A DNA stretch of 64,000 nt, taken from Mobula hypostoma (Eukaryota). Every line of letters begins with the position of its first letter. Position 1 is the stretch's first letter. The position numbers and the translations under genes are program-made. The notes under the pieces were generated by a model that did not search any database, was not told the DNA's origin, and was given only the letters and a program-made list of their open reading frames with translations. Positions 23,110 through 34,718 of the stretch are shown in pieces. The stretch covers positions 108,564,001 through 108,628,000 of the forward strand of contig NC_086108.1 of NCBI RefSeq assembly GCF_963921235.1, given 5' to 3'.

Positions 23110-25703
23110 CTAGCGGAAGTTAGAGAAGTCAATGTTCATGCCATCAGGTTGGAGGCTACCCAGACGGAATATAAGGTGTTGTTCCTCCAACCTGAGTGTG
23201 GCTTCATCTTTACAGTAGAGGAGGCCGTGGATAGACATGTCAGAATGGGAATGGGATGTGGAATTAAAATGTGTGGCCACTGGGAGATCCTGCTTTCTCT
23301 GGCGGACAGAGCGTAGATGTTCAGCAAAGCGGTCTCCCAGTCTGCGTCGGGTCTCACCAATATATAAAAGGCCACATCGGGAGCACCGGACGCAGTATAT
23401 CACCCCAGTCGACTCACAGGTGAAGTGATGCCTCACCTGGAAGGACTGTTTGGGGCCCTGAATGGTGGTAAGGGAGGAAGTGTAAGGGCATGTGTAGCAC
23501 TTGTTCCGCTTACACGGATAAGTGCCAGGAGGGAGATCAGTGGGGAGGGATGGAGGGGACGAATGGACAAGGGAGTTGTGTAGGGAGCGATCCCTGCGGA
23601 ATGCAGAGAGAGGGGGGGAGGGAAAGATGTGCTTAGTGGTGGGATCCCGTTGGAGGTGGCGGAAGTTACGGAGAATAATATGTTGGACCCGGAGGCTGGT
23701 GGGGTGGTAGGTGAGGACCAGGGGAACCCTATTCCTAGTGACGTGGTGGGAGGATGGAGTGAGAGCAGATGTACGTGAAATGGGGGAGATGCGTTTAAGA
23801 GCAGAGTTGATAGTGGAGGAAGGGAAGCCCCTCTCTTTAAAAAATGAAGACATCTCCCTCGTCCTAGAATGAAAAGCCTCATCCTAAGAGCAGATGCGGC
23901 GGAGACGGAGGAATTGCGAGAAGGGGTTGGCGTTTTTGCAAGAGACAGGGTGAGAAGAGGAATAGTCCAGATAGCTGTGAGAGTCAGTAGGCTTATAGTA
24001 GACATCAGTGGATAAGCTGTCTCCAGAGACAGAGACAGAAAGATCTAGAAAGGGGAGGGAGGTGTCGGAAATGGACCAGGTAAACTTGAGGGCAGGGTTA
24101 AAGTTGGAGGCAAAGTTAATAAAGTCAACGAGTTCTGCATGCGTGCAGGAAGCAGCGCCAATGCAGTCGTCGATGTAGCGAAGGAAAAGTGGGGGACAGA
24201 TACCAGAATAGGCACGGAACATAGATTGTTCCACAAAGCCAACAAAAAGGCAGGCATAGCTAGGACCCATACGGGTGCCCATAGCTACACCTTTAGTTTG
24301 GAGGAAATGGGAGGAGCAAAAGGAGAAATTATTAAGAGTAAGGACTAATTCCGCTAGACGGAGCAGAGTGGTGGTAGAGGGGAACTGATTAGGTCTGGAA
24401 TCCAAAAAGAAGCGTAGAGCTTTGAGACCTTCCTGATGGGGGATGGAAGTATATAAGGACTGGACATCCATGGTGAAAATAAAGCGGTGGGGGCCAGGGA
24501 ACTTAAAATCATCGAAAAGTTTAAGAGCGTGAGAAGTGTCACGAACATAGGTCGGAAGGGATTGAACAAGGGGTGATAAAACAGTGTCGAGGTATGCAGA
24601 AACGAGTTCGGTGGGGCAGGAGCAAGCTGAGACAATAGGTCGGCCAGGACAGGCAGGTTTGTGGATCTTGGGTAGGAGGTAGAAACGGGAAGTGCGGGGT
24701 GTGGGAACTATAAGGTTGGTAGCAGTGGATGGGAGATCCCCTGAGCGGATAAAGTCGGTGATGGTGTGGGAGACAATGGCCTGGTGCTCCTTAGTGGGGT
24801 CACGATCGAGGGGTAAATAAGAGGAGGTATCCGCGAGTTGTCGCTGTGCCTCGGCAAGGTAGAGGTCAGTACGCCAGACTACAACAGCACCCCCTTTATC
24901 AGCGGGTTTAATAATAATGTTAGGATTAGTGCGGAGGGAGTGGAGAGCAGAGCGTTCCGAAGGAGTGAGGTTGGAATGGGGACAAGGTGCGGTGAAGTCG
25001 AGACGGTTGATGTCCCGTCGGCAGTTGGCAATAAAGAGATCCAGAGCAGGCAGAAGATCAGAGCGGGGTGTCCATGAAGAAGAGGAGGGTTGAAGACGGG
25101 AGAAGGGGTCATCGGTAGGGGTGGAAGAGTCCTTGCCGAAGAAGTAGGCTCGGAGACGGAGACGGCGGAAGAAGAGTTCCGCATCATGGCGAACACGGAA
25201 CTCGCTGAGGTGTGGGCGAAGGGGGACAAACGTGAGGCCCTTACTGAGAACAGAGCGTTCTGCCTCCGACAGTTGAAGGTCGGAGGGGATGGTAAAGACC
25301 CGGCACGGATGAGAGCTGGGATCAGAGGGGGGAGGGGGAGGCTGGGGGTGTCAGTGGAGAGGGGAGGGTTGGGGTGAGAGGAAGATGGAGCCTCTGAGGG
25401 CCCAGGAGCTGACGGTGGGATCTGAGGAAAACGGGGCTGCGGAGTGGTGGTGGGGGAAGGGGAGACGGGAGTCACAACAGCAGCACATAAAGACCCGGCC
25501 TGGAGTTCAAGGCTGGAGTTGCAGTTGGTGGTTGCGCGATCGCTTTGAATGTCTCCATGGTCGTTGCTGGAGTCCGGGTTTTGAATATGTCCTGAGGTGT
25601 TGGAGCCGCCGAGATCAATGGCAAGGGCCGCAATTGAAAGTTCATGCCTGCTAGCGTCGGGGCCGGCAGGCTCTGGAGTCCGTAGATGTAAGATCTTGCG
25701 ATC
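23110..25703 (-). pseudogene. Penelope RT/GIY-YIG polyprotein with one nonsense codon and one frameshift
   Basis: Manual translation: IIIKPADKGGAVVVW, FYLLPKIHK, MDVQSLYTSIP, GVAMGTRMGPSYA, RYIDD, CKRNKCYTCP, GVIYCVRCSRCGLLYIGET. TAG at 23884-86; frameshift in the G/C run ~25327-25340. Confidence 0.9.
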
Positions 25704-27106
25704 TTATTGCGTTTATTCCCACTCTTTGCTTCCTGTCTGCTAACCAATTCTCCACCCACACCAATACCTTACCCCCAATACCGTGTGCTTTAAGTTTGCA
25801 CACTAATCTCCTGTGTGGGACCTTGTCAAAAGCCTTTTGAAAATCCAAATATACCACATCCACTCCACTGACGTGCACTCCATAAGGTTGCTGAAGAGAA
25901 TGTCAGGGGACCGGGGAGCTGCATAGCCAGAATCAGAATCAGATTTATTATCATTGCCTTATATGTCATGAGATTTGTGGTTTTATTCTGAGCAAGATGG
26001 CACCCGCGACCAACGGTGGCGTTTTGCAGACAGGACATGAAATTCCTAGATACTCTATCAGATATAATTCTTCTTCTGAACTGTGATCGCTGCAGTCTGC
26101 AGCCTGTAATTTCACTTTTAAGGATGTATTTTTGAACCCACTAAACAAACTGGCCTTTTCCGATATCCTGGGTGATTCTGCAGACTAGGCCTGATGGTGG
26201 AAGATGAACCCACGGTTGGCTCCATTACTCCGTGCCAGTTAAAGCATTGAGCAGGACTATTATTGCAAGAGGATGAGAGCAGAAAATGAACAGGTGTTCA
26301 GTGGCGTCTGCTTGCGCTTGACTTGTCTCTCTCTCTTCTCGCTACTGTCGTTAGGCATGCTGGAGTCTTGGGCCCTACACCACCAGGTACAGGACTAGTT
26401 GTTGCCCGGCAACCATCGGGCTCCTGGACAGGCTTCACTGCCTTCAGTGCTGTACAGTTGTGGACTCACCTTTGGGGATTCTGCCGTTCATCTTCCATGT
26501 GTTTTTGTCTACTTTTTTTTTACTATTTGTACGATTTGCTCAAGGCCTAGGGTGAAGGATGAAACAGTGTTCAACTCACTACTCCGCAAGGTGTACTCAC
26601 TGCAGCGTTGAACTGACTCCGCATCTGTGGCCTGCAAACCATCGGCACTCGTCTAGTACTGAACTGACTCATTTAACTGTTTCATTCAGGCTTCTTGAGA
26701 TAGTTCTTCACGTTAAAGATCGATGGGCATCCCTGGAGCCCAAAAGAATGAGGGGAGATCTTATAGAGGTAGCCACCACATGAATTCTGAACGGATATAG
26801 TTTTTTTTCTATTATTATGTGTTGCATTGTACAGCTGCTGCAAAGACAACAAATTTCATGACATATGCCGACGACATTAAACCAGATTCTGCTTCTGATT
26901 ATCAATATGTAGCTTTACTGATGATCTCTTCAACTGAGAATGTAAAAGGGGTACCAGATTCACACTCAGTTTAAACCACTTTGACTAGTTTCCTGATGCA
27001 CACCAGTTTCTAAAATAAATCATGTTATTTTGAAAAATAACTCCCTCCCTCTGGCCTTTCAGACAGTGACGTGGTTGTTCGTGTTCTCACTAATCTAGTA
27101 ATGACA

Positions 27107-27515
27107 TTTGGGCAGGTGGGGCTCATCAGCTGTGGTTGGCAGCTCACCATTGAGAAGGAAAACTCTGATCTCAAACCTCCGTTACCTTGCGACCATCCCC
27201 ACTCATGGGGGAGTTTTCAGGAGTAAACCCCAGGAAAAGTCCTGAGCTGGAGTCCATAAGGCAGTCCTGTGCAGAGGACAACGCTGACTGGCTGTGATGT
27301 TGCTGGTACCAAGCTGTATCAGTCTCTGCCGTTCCTTTGGGTTCATCAGACGCGCGGAGAGGGGAGCCTGCTGCATGGGCAACAGCTCGCTCCCCATTTC
27401 GCACTGCCCTGGGTTACGTACTGACCTGCATATCGACTGATGGCACTGCACCAACAACACAGACAGCCAGGATGCAATGTCCATGGTCAGCCCCGTTCAA
27501 CAGACAGCCTCTCAA
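27107..27515 (+). mobile_element. RTE 5'UTR-derived non-autonomous element
   Basis: GAGAAGGAAAACTCTGATCTCAAACC (RTE/Expander 5'UTR-type motif); homologous to 28385-28748. Confidence 0.6.
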
Positions 27516-28384
27516 GTAATGAGGTCAGGTGAAATAGGGCAATGACTATGCGCCAAAACAAAAAAAAATGTTTTCTGTGGGGAAATGAAATGAGATGCTA
27601 CTATGAGTCACAGAGTCCCAGAGTCATGGACAAGTACAGCACAGAAACAGGCCCTTCGGCCCATCTAATCCGCGCCAAACCAATAAAACTGCCTAGTCCC
27701 ATCGACCTGCACCAGGACTGCCCTCCATATCCCTCCCATCCATGTACCAATCCAAACTTCTCTTAAACTTTGAAAACACCACTTGTGCTGGCAGCTCGTT
27801 CCACACTCCCATGGCCCTCTGAGTTTCCCCTCGTGTTCCTCTTAACCCATGACCTCTGGTTGTAGTCCCACTCAGCCTCAGTGGAAAAGGCCTGCTTGCA
27901 TTTACCCTGTCTAAACCCTAACAACTTTGTGTTTATAGAACTCTTTGAGCCAATCTCAGTAGATTTCTAATACTTGAACAGTGCGCCAACCACCCTCTAC
28001 CCACCTCCTTGGCCTGGCTAAATTTATTCTCTCATTTGACTTGGCTCCAGTCACTTCCTCCAATTGGGACTTGTTGCTATGGGGATCCATCTGGTGCAGT
28101 CCATGCCTGCCTGTTGTGGGCTTTGAAGAACTTTAGTTCCTGTAGCTCTCCTCCAGTAACTTAATGCATTCACAAACTGCCTTCTTTCTTCTTCCTCTCC
28201 ACCATATAAACCATATAACAATTACAGCACGGAAACAGGCGATCTCGCCCCTTCTAGTCTGTGCCGAACTCTTACTCTCACCTATTCCTACTGACCTGCA
28301 CTCAGCCTATAATCCTCCATTCCTTTCCTGTCCATATGTCTATCCAATTTAACTTTAAACGACAACATCGAACCTGCCTCACCA

Positions 28385-28748
28385 TCCAGACACTCTCTCC
28401 AGGGAAGGAAAACTCTGAATTCAAACCTCTGCTGCCTTGCTGCTGTACCACTCATGGGGAAGGCATCAGGAGTAAATCCCAAGGGAAAATCCGGAGCTGG
28501 AGTCCCTAAGGCAGTACTAGGTTGAGTTCAATGCTGATTGGCAACTCCTGCGATGCCGTTGCTGCCAAACTATATCAGTCTCTGTAGTTCCTTTGGGTGC
28601 GGCAGTTGTGTGGAGAGAGGGAGATCGCTACACGGGCAACGTCTTGCTCTCCATATCGTACTGCCCTGGCTCGAGTACTAGATTGTGTATTGATGTAGAC
28701 GATTCGGACACAACATCTATGGTCGTCCTTGACTGACGGGCAGGCCCC
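28385..28748 (+). mobile_element. RTE 5'UTR-derived non-autonomous element, second copy
   Basis: GGAAGGAAAACTCTGAATTCAAACC..GGAGTAAATCCC..GGAGCTGGAGTCCCTAAGGCAG. Confidence 0.6.
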
Positions 28749-28989
28749 TATTACTGACTAATGCACAACATGCTGGAGGAACTCAGCAGGTCAGGCAGCA
28801 TCTGTGAAGGGGCACAAGAGATTCTGTGGATGCAGGGAATCTTGAGCAACACACAGAAAATGCTGGAGGAACTCGGCAGGATGAAGAGTCTTGGCTCTTC
28901 ATTGAGTTTTATTGATCTATTGTATTTCTTTGTTCTACTGTGAATGCCTGCAAGAAAATGAATCTCAGGGCAGGATTTGGTGACATATA

Positions 28990-29562
28990 CAGTACTGGGC
29001 AAAAGTCTTAGGCACACAGGTATATAGCTAGGAAGCCTAAGGCTTTTGCTGAGTGCTAGAGAAATTTTATGTATTGCACTGTACTGCTGTCCCCAAAAAA
29101 AAACAAATTTCATGACATATGTGAGTGATGATAAACCTGATTCCGAAATGGGTCTCTTTGGTGGACTGAGAGTGGGAAGGGGACAGGGAGAGGGGAATCA
29201 TGGTTGGGAAAAGGGGAAGGGAGAGGGGAGGGAGCAGGAAGCACCAGAGAGACATTCCATACTGATTAATAAACCAATTGTTTGTAATCAAATGACCTTG
29301 CCAGGTGTATCAGAGCAGGGTGTGTCTGCATCTGCACCACCAACTTCATCCCCCCCCCCGCCACCCGCCGTCTGTAGCACTCCTTTTCTGCCACCTGTCC
29401 TGCACCCCTCCCACGACACTCGCCCTTGCCATTCCACCACTTCCAACATCATTTACTCCTGCCAGATTGACAAACTCGCTGTTTGCTCAAGGTTAACAAA
29501 TACAGTACTGTGCAAAAATCTTAGGCACGCGAGCTACATATATATGTACCTAAGACTTTTGC
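28990..29562. mobile_element. Tc1-like MITE composite
   Basis: TIR CAGTACTG(T/G)GCAAAA(G/A)TCTTAGGCAC after TA. Mini-palindromes at 28990-29058 and 29503-29562. Interior homologous (reverse) to 56680-57000. Confidence 0.65.
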
Positions 29563-32200
29563 TCTTTTAACACTGTGTGGTTATGATCTCTTTAGAAATG
29601 AGGACTTCCAGTTTCCCAAGACCTCAGTTCAGAATCAGAATAAGAATCATGTTTATTCTCACTGATTAACTATCAATGTTGAAGTTGTATAAGACATCGG
29701 TGAGGCCTAGTTTGCAGTATTGCGTGCAGTTTTTGTCACCTACCGATAAGAAAGATGTCAATAGGATTGAAAGAGTGCAGAGAAAGTTTACAAGAATGAG
29801 TTATAGGGAAAGATTGAATAGTTTTGGACTTTATTCCCTGGAGTGTAGGAGAATGAGTGGAAATTTAATAGGGGTATACAAATTTATTTATTTATTGAGA
29901 TGCAGAGCCGAATAGGCCCTTCTGGCCCAGTAACCCCCATTTTAATCCCAGCTTAATCACAGAACAATTTGCAATGCCCAACTAACCTACCAACTGACAC
30001 GTCTTTAGACTGTGGGAGGAAACCAGCATCCCAGATGACTACAACTGTGAGACATGCACCCAGCTGCAGCTTCAAACAAACTGAGTTAAAGAGTAGGACC
30101 TGGAGCTGGATGAACCGCAGATCATTCGGCAGGCTGAGGGGGTGACAGATAGGACATACAGTATAGAGAAGCGGTTACACCCAAACGGCAGGACTCAGGA
30201 AACTGGGTGATGGTCAGGAAGGGGAAAGGGGTTAAGAAGCCAGCGCAGAGTGCCCCTGAGGCCCCCTCCCCCTCAACAACAGGTACATCATTTTGGATGC
30301 TGTCGGTGGGATGATTTAACAGAGGAAACTCAGATGTCGAGACTCTGGCACTGAGTCTGGCTCTGTGACTCAGAAGGGCAAGGGGGAGAAGAGGCAAATT
30401 GTGGTGATAGGGGCTTCGTTAGTTAGGGGAACCGACAGGAAGTTTGGTGGGCAAGAACAAGATTCCCAGGTGGTACGTTGCCTCCCGGGTGCCAGAGTCT
30501 GGAATATCTCAGGTCAAGTCCTTGGCATTCTTTAGTGGGAGTGTGAACTGCCAGAAGTCATGATCCATGAAGGTACCAATGACGTGGGTAGGATGAGTGA
30601 CGAGGTTCTGCATAGGGTGTTCAGGGAGTTGGGTGCTAAGTTAAAGGTCATGACCTCTGGGGTTGTGATCTCAGGATTGCTACCCATGGCATGTGCTGGT
30701 AAGGCCAGAACTAGGATGATTATACAGTTCAATACGTGGCTGAGGAGTTGGAGTAGGAGGAAGGACAGAAGATTTTTGGATTATTGGGCCCTCTTCCAGA
30801 GAATGTGGGACCTGTACAGAAGGGACGGTTTGTACATGAACTGGAGGGGAAATAATATCCTAGCAGGGAGGTTTGTTAATGCTGCAAGGTGGGGTTTAAA
30901 CTAGAGTTGCAGGGGGATGGGAACCAGAGTGCCAAAACAGTTAGTGGAGAGGCTGTGGAACCAGATATTGGTAAGACCTCAGAAAAAGTTAAAAATCAAA
31001 AGATGCGACAATAGCATGGTGCGACAAAATCGAAAGTGGTGAATACAGGACTGAAGCTGTTGTATCTGAATGCGGACAGTATACAGAATAAGGTAGATGA
31101 ACTTGCTGCACAGTTGCATATAGGCAGGTTTGATATTGTAGGCATCACTGAATCATCGCTGAAAGATTATAGCTAGGAGTTGAATGTCCAAGGATAGACA
31201 TCGAAAGGATAGGCAGGAAGGCAGAGGGGGCAGCTTTGCTCTGTTGGTAAAAAATGAAAATAAATCATTAGGAAGAAGTGACATAGGGTCGCAAGGTGTT
31301 GAATCATTGTGGATAGAGCTAAGGAACTGCAAGGGTAAAAAGACCCTGATGGGAGTTGTATACGGACCCCCAGACAGCAGTAAAGATGTGGCCTATACTG
31401 TATATTACAATGGAGATAGAAAATACTTGTCGAAAGGGCAATGTTACAATTGTCATTGGCAAGTTCAATATGCAGATAGATTGGGAAAATCAGGTTGGTG
31501 CTGGATTCCAAAAAGGGGAATTTCTAGAGTGACTATGAGATGGTTATTTAGAGCAACTCATGGTTGAGCCCACTAGAGGATCAACTATTCTGGGTTGGGT
31601 GTTGTGCAATGACCCAGAATTGATTAGAGAGCTTCAGGTGAAAGAACCCTCAGGGACAAGTGATAATAATAATGATTGAATTCACCCTGAAAGTTGAGGA
31701 GAAGCTGAAGTCTTATATCTCAATATTACAGTGGAGTGAAGGGAATTACAGAGACATTATGGAGGATTTGGCCAGAATTGATTGGAAAAGAACACTGAAA
31801 GGGATGATGGTAGAGCAGCAATGGCTGAAATTTCTAGAAGCAATTCAGAAGGCACAGAATATATACATCCCAGAGGAAGAAGTATTCTCCCCACAGAGAA
31901 TATTTCTTTTCTTGATAATACTTGATAAGTATTGCCACAGACAGCTGTGGAGGCCAAGTCTTCATGCATATTTAAGGCAGAGGTTGATAGATTCTTGATT
32001 GGTCAGGGCATGATGGGATACGGGGAGCAGGTAGGAGAAAGGGGTTGAGAGGAAATGGCAGGGGAGACACGATGGGTCAGTTGGCCTAATTCTGCTCCTA
32101 TATCTTGAGGTCATATGGTCTTGTGATCTAAAGGAAAGATGACACATCTATGGCTAACAAACGAAGTCCAAGGCAACATAAAAGCTGAGGAGAAGGCATA

Positions 32201-33483
32201 CAAGGGGTGATTGATAAGTTCGTGGCCTAAGGCAGAAGGAGCTAGCACATTTATTTTTCAGTATAGTCCCCTCCTATATTTACACACTTAATCCAGCGAT
32301 CGTGGAGCATACGGATCTTGGACCTCCAGAAAGTGTCCACGGCAGGGGTGATTGATAAGTTCGTGGCCTAAGGCAGAAGGAGATGAGCTATACAGCTCTC
32401 TTTACATGCACATGCAGTTCAACTCTTTCAGTGATTATGCAGAAAGTTTGAAGTTAATAGCTCATCAGTTAATAACTCATCAGGGTGATTGATAAGTTCG
32501 TGGCCTAAGGTAGAAAGAGATGAGTTATTAACATCAAACTTTCTGCATAATCATTCAAAGTGTTGAACTGCATGTGCATGTAATGAGAGCTGTATAACTC
32601 ATCTCCAACAGGGGAGGAGAAGATGGCGGCACAATGCAGCGTGCGCGGCTGCTCCAAATGATATCGTATGTGTTAACTAGGGGGCCGTCACAATCCTGAT
32701 TTGATGGAAACAGCCGTGAGAAGCACGGAGGAACATCTGTAGAAACTTCTGAAATGCCCGCTTCGCTGCCGCTGCTACTGTGCGATCGAGAATCTCAGGA
32801 GGGGAAGGCCCCAAATCCTCAGCTTTGCCTATTGCCTGTTGCCGGGGCTGGGGTCGAAGCACTCGGCAGAGATGGCGCTCGGTGCTCAGTGTCGGAGGGC
32901 TGGTCGGAGGCTCGAAGTTTTCGAATGGTCTCAGAGTTGGACTGTGGTCGGGTGCTTCCAATGGCGCTGCATCGGCAAGTTTGCGGCGCTGGAAGCTCAT
33001 GGCAGGGAGAGTTTCTCCCTTCAACCGTCTGCGTGAGATGATGGGACTTTCGAGAGACTTTGAGACTTTTTACCGTGCCCATGGTCTGTTCTTCTATCAA
33101 ATTATGGTATTGCTTGCACTGTTGTAACTATATGTTATAATTATGTGGTTTTTGTCAGTTTTTTTAGTCTTGGTTTGTCTTGTGTTTCTGTGATATCATT
33201 CTGGAGGAACAAATTGTATCATTTCTTAATGCATGCATGACTAAATGACAATAAAAGAGGACTGCATGTCCTCATAATCTAATCTAATCCTTCTACTTTA
33301 GTCCACGAACTTATCAATCACCACTGCTGTGGACACTTTCTGGAGGTCCAAGATTCATATGCTCCATGACCGCTGGACTAAGTGTGTAAATGTAGGAGGG
33401 GACTCTGTTGAAAAATAAATGTGCTATGTTTTCTAAAATTGACTCCTTCTACCTTAGGCCATGAACTTATCAATCAGCCCTCG
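32201..33483. mobile_element. Palindromic mariner-derived MITE, copy 2 (with nested retroposon)
   Basis: TA TSD at 32199-200 and 33484-85; same arms as 7770-8246. Confidence 0.9.
32607..33287 (+). mobile_element. CpG-rich non-autonomous retroposon with YY1-motif head and (AATCT)n tail, copy 1
   Basis: AAGATGGCGGC at 32620-30; AATGACAATAAA, GAGGAC/GTCCTC hairpin, AATCT repeats; highly similar to 36782-37440. Confidence 0.8.
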
Positions 33484-33516
33484 TACAATAGAACAAAACT
33501 TTGTGGGAAGTTAGAG

Positions 33517-34718
33517 CAGGGGTCCCCAACCTTTTTTGCACTGCGGACCGGTTTCATATTGACAGTATTCTTGCGGACCGGCCGACTGGCGGGGGGGGCG
33601 GGTGGTATGGTTGCCAACGGACAAGAGTAGCAGTCAAATACGTTGTCTTTACCCCAAGAAAGACTACAATGACCATGAAGCCTTGCGCGGGCACCAGTGC
33701 GCATCGTGTACATGCTGATTTTTTTCCCTGCAAATCGTTTTTGGTGATTCTGTTCGGGGGGTAGGTGTTAATCACGACCGGAATATAGCTGATAAGTGGC
33801 TAATACAGTCAATTTCATTTCTAAAAGGCTTTATCTAACAAATTTAATATTAAACACACAGCTCATATTTTCCTCGCATGAATATAGATGAATATAGTGA
33901 TAAGTCAATTATCAGGGGAGGACAGGGAAGCTTGAAGTAAGTGTTGAACGAACTTCCAGTAGAAGTGGTAGAGGCAGGTTCGATATCACCATTTAAAGAA
34001 AAATTGGATAGGTATATGGACAGGAAAGGAATGGAGGGTTATGGGCTGACTGCAGGTCGGTGAGACTAGGCGAGAGTAGCGTTTGGCATGGACTAGAAGG
34101 GCAGAGATGGCCTGTTTCCATGCTGTAATTGTTATATGGTTATATAAGTCACTTATAAGTCAACAGTATCGTAACGTTTTAAGTAACGTTTGGATATTAA
34201 ACACACAGCACATATTTTCCCCATATGAACATATAAAATCATTGCAACACACCAATATCGCTGAATCAGTGGGAGCCCTGGGCTTGTTTCCCTGCAACAA
34301 CATCAAAGGGTGGTGGGAGACAGCGATACTCGAAGGGGGTTCCTTATGTCCAGTCTACTGTATTCTGCAATTTAGTTTTCGTTGCATTCATTGCAGAGAT
34401 ACATTGGAAATCGAAGCAACGCTTTCAGTGCTTTCGTGGCTGTCTCAGGATATTTAGCCTTGAGTTTGATCCAGAATGCCGGCAGAGATATTATGTCAAA
34501 CATACTTTTCAGCCCGCCATCACTTACAAGCTCGAGGAGTTGATCTTCTTCCCGCACTGACACAGATGACGCGAGCATAATGACCTCACATATGTTCAAG
34601 CTCAACAGTGGGCGTGACAGGGAATGAGGAAAGGTGTAGCTGACTCATATCACCAAATCATATCGTTTCCTCGCGGCCGGTGGCTCATGCTTTGCGGCCC
34701 GGTGGTTGGGGACCACTG
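33517..34718 (-). mobile_element. hAT (Charlie-like) deletion derivative
   Basis: TIRs CAGGGGTCCCCAACC / GGTTGGGGACCACTG. Perfect 8 bp TSD AGTTAGAG at 33509-16 and 34719-26. hAT dimerisation remnant LPAFWIKLKAKYPETATKALKALL. Carries a CR1 tail at ~33915-34145. Confidence 0.9.

Larger units (their letters stand above)
22684..25709 (-). mobile_element. Penelope-like element (Neptune-type), 5'-truncated, with 3' pseudo-LTR
   Basis: Perfect 10 bp TSD CGTTTATTCC at 22674-83 and 25710-19. RT + GIY-YIG coding region. pLTR at 22684-23109. Confidence 0.95.
21613..25864 (-). mobile_element. Young CR1 LINE, 5'-truncated, split by Penelope (21613-22683 + 25710-25864)
   Basis: Near-identical to the 18001 copy. 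RT reading continues across the insertion (KQRVGIN | GTFSEW). Frameshift near 22220, stop at 22363. Confidence 0.95.

Noticed and set aside
32677..33127. Overlapping 90-115 aa ORFs in the YY1-headed element
   Set aside because: GC-rich stop avoidance; frames are not preserved between the two copies.
33421..33430. Any prokaryotic, viral or organellar insert in the window (coordinates nominal)
   Set aside because: All GC/CpG-rich blocks are explained by young transposons; no operon-like or non-TE protein motifs seen.
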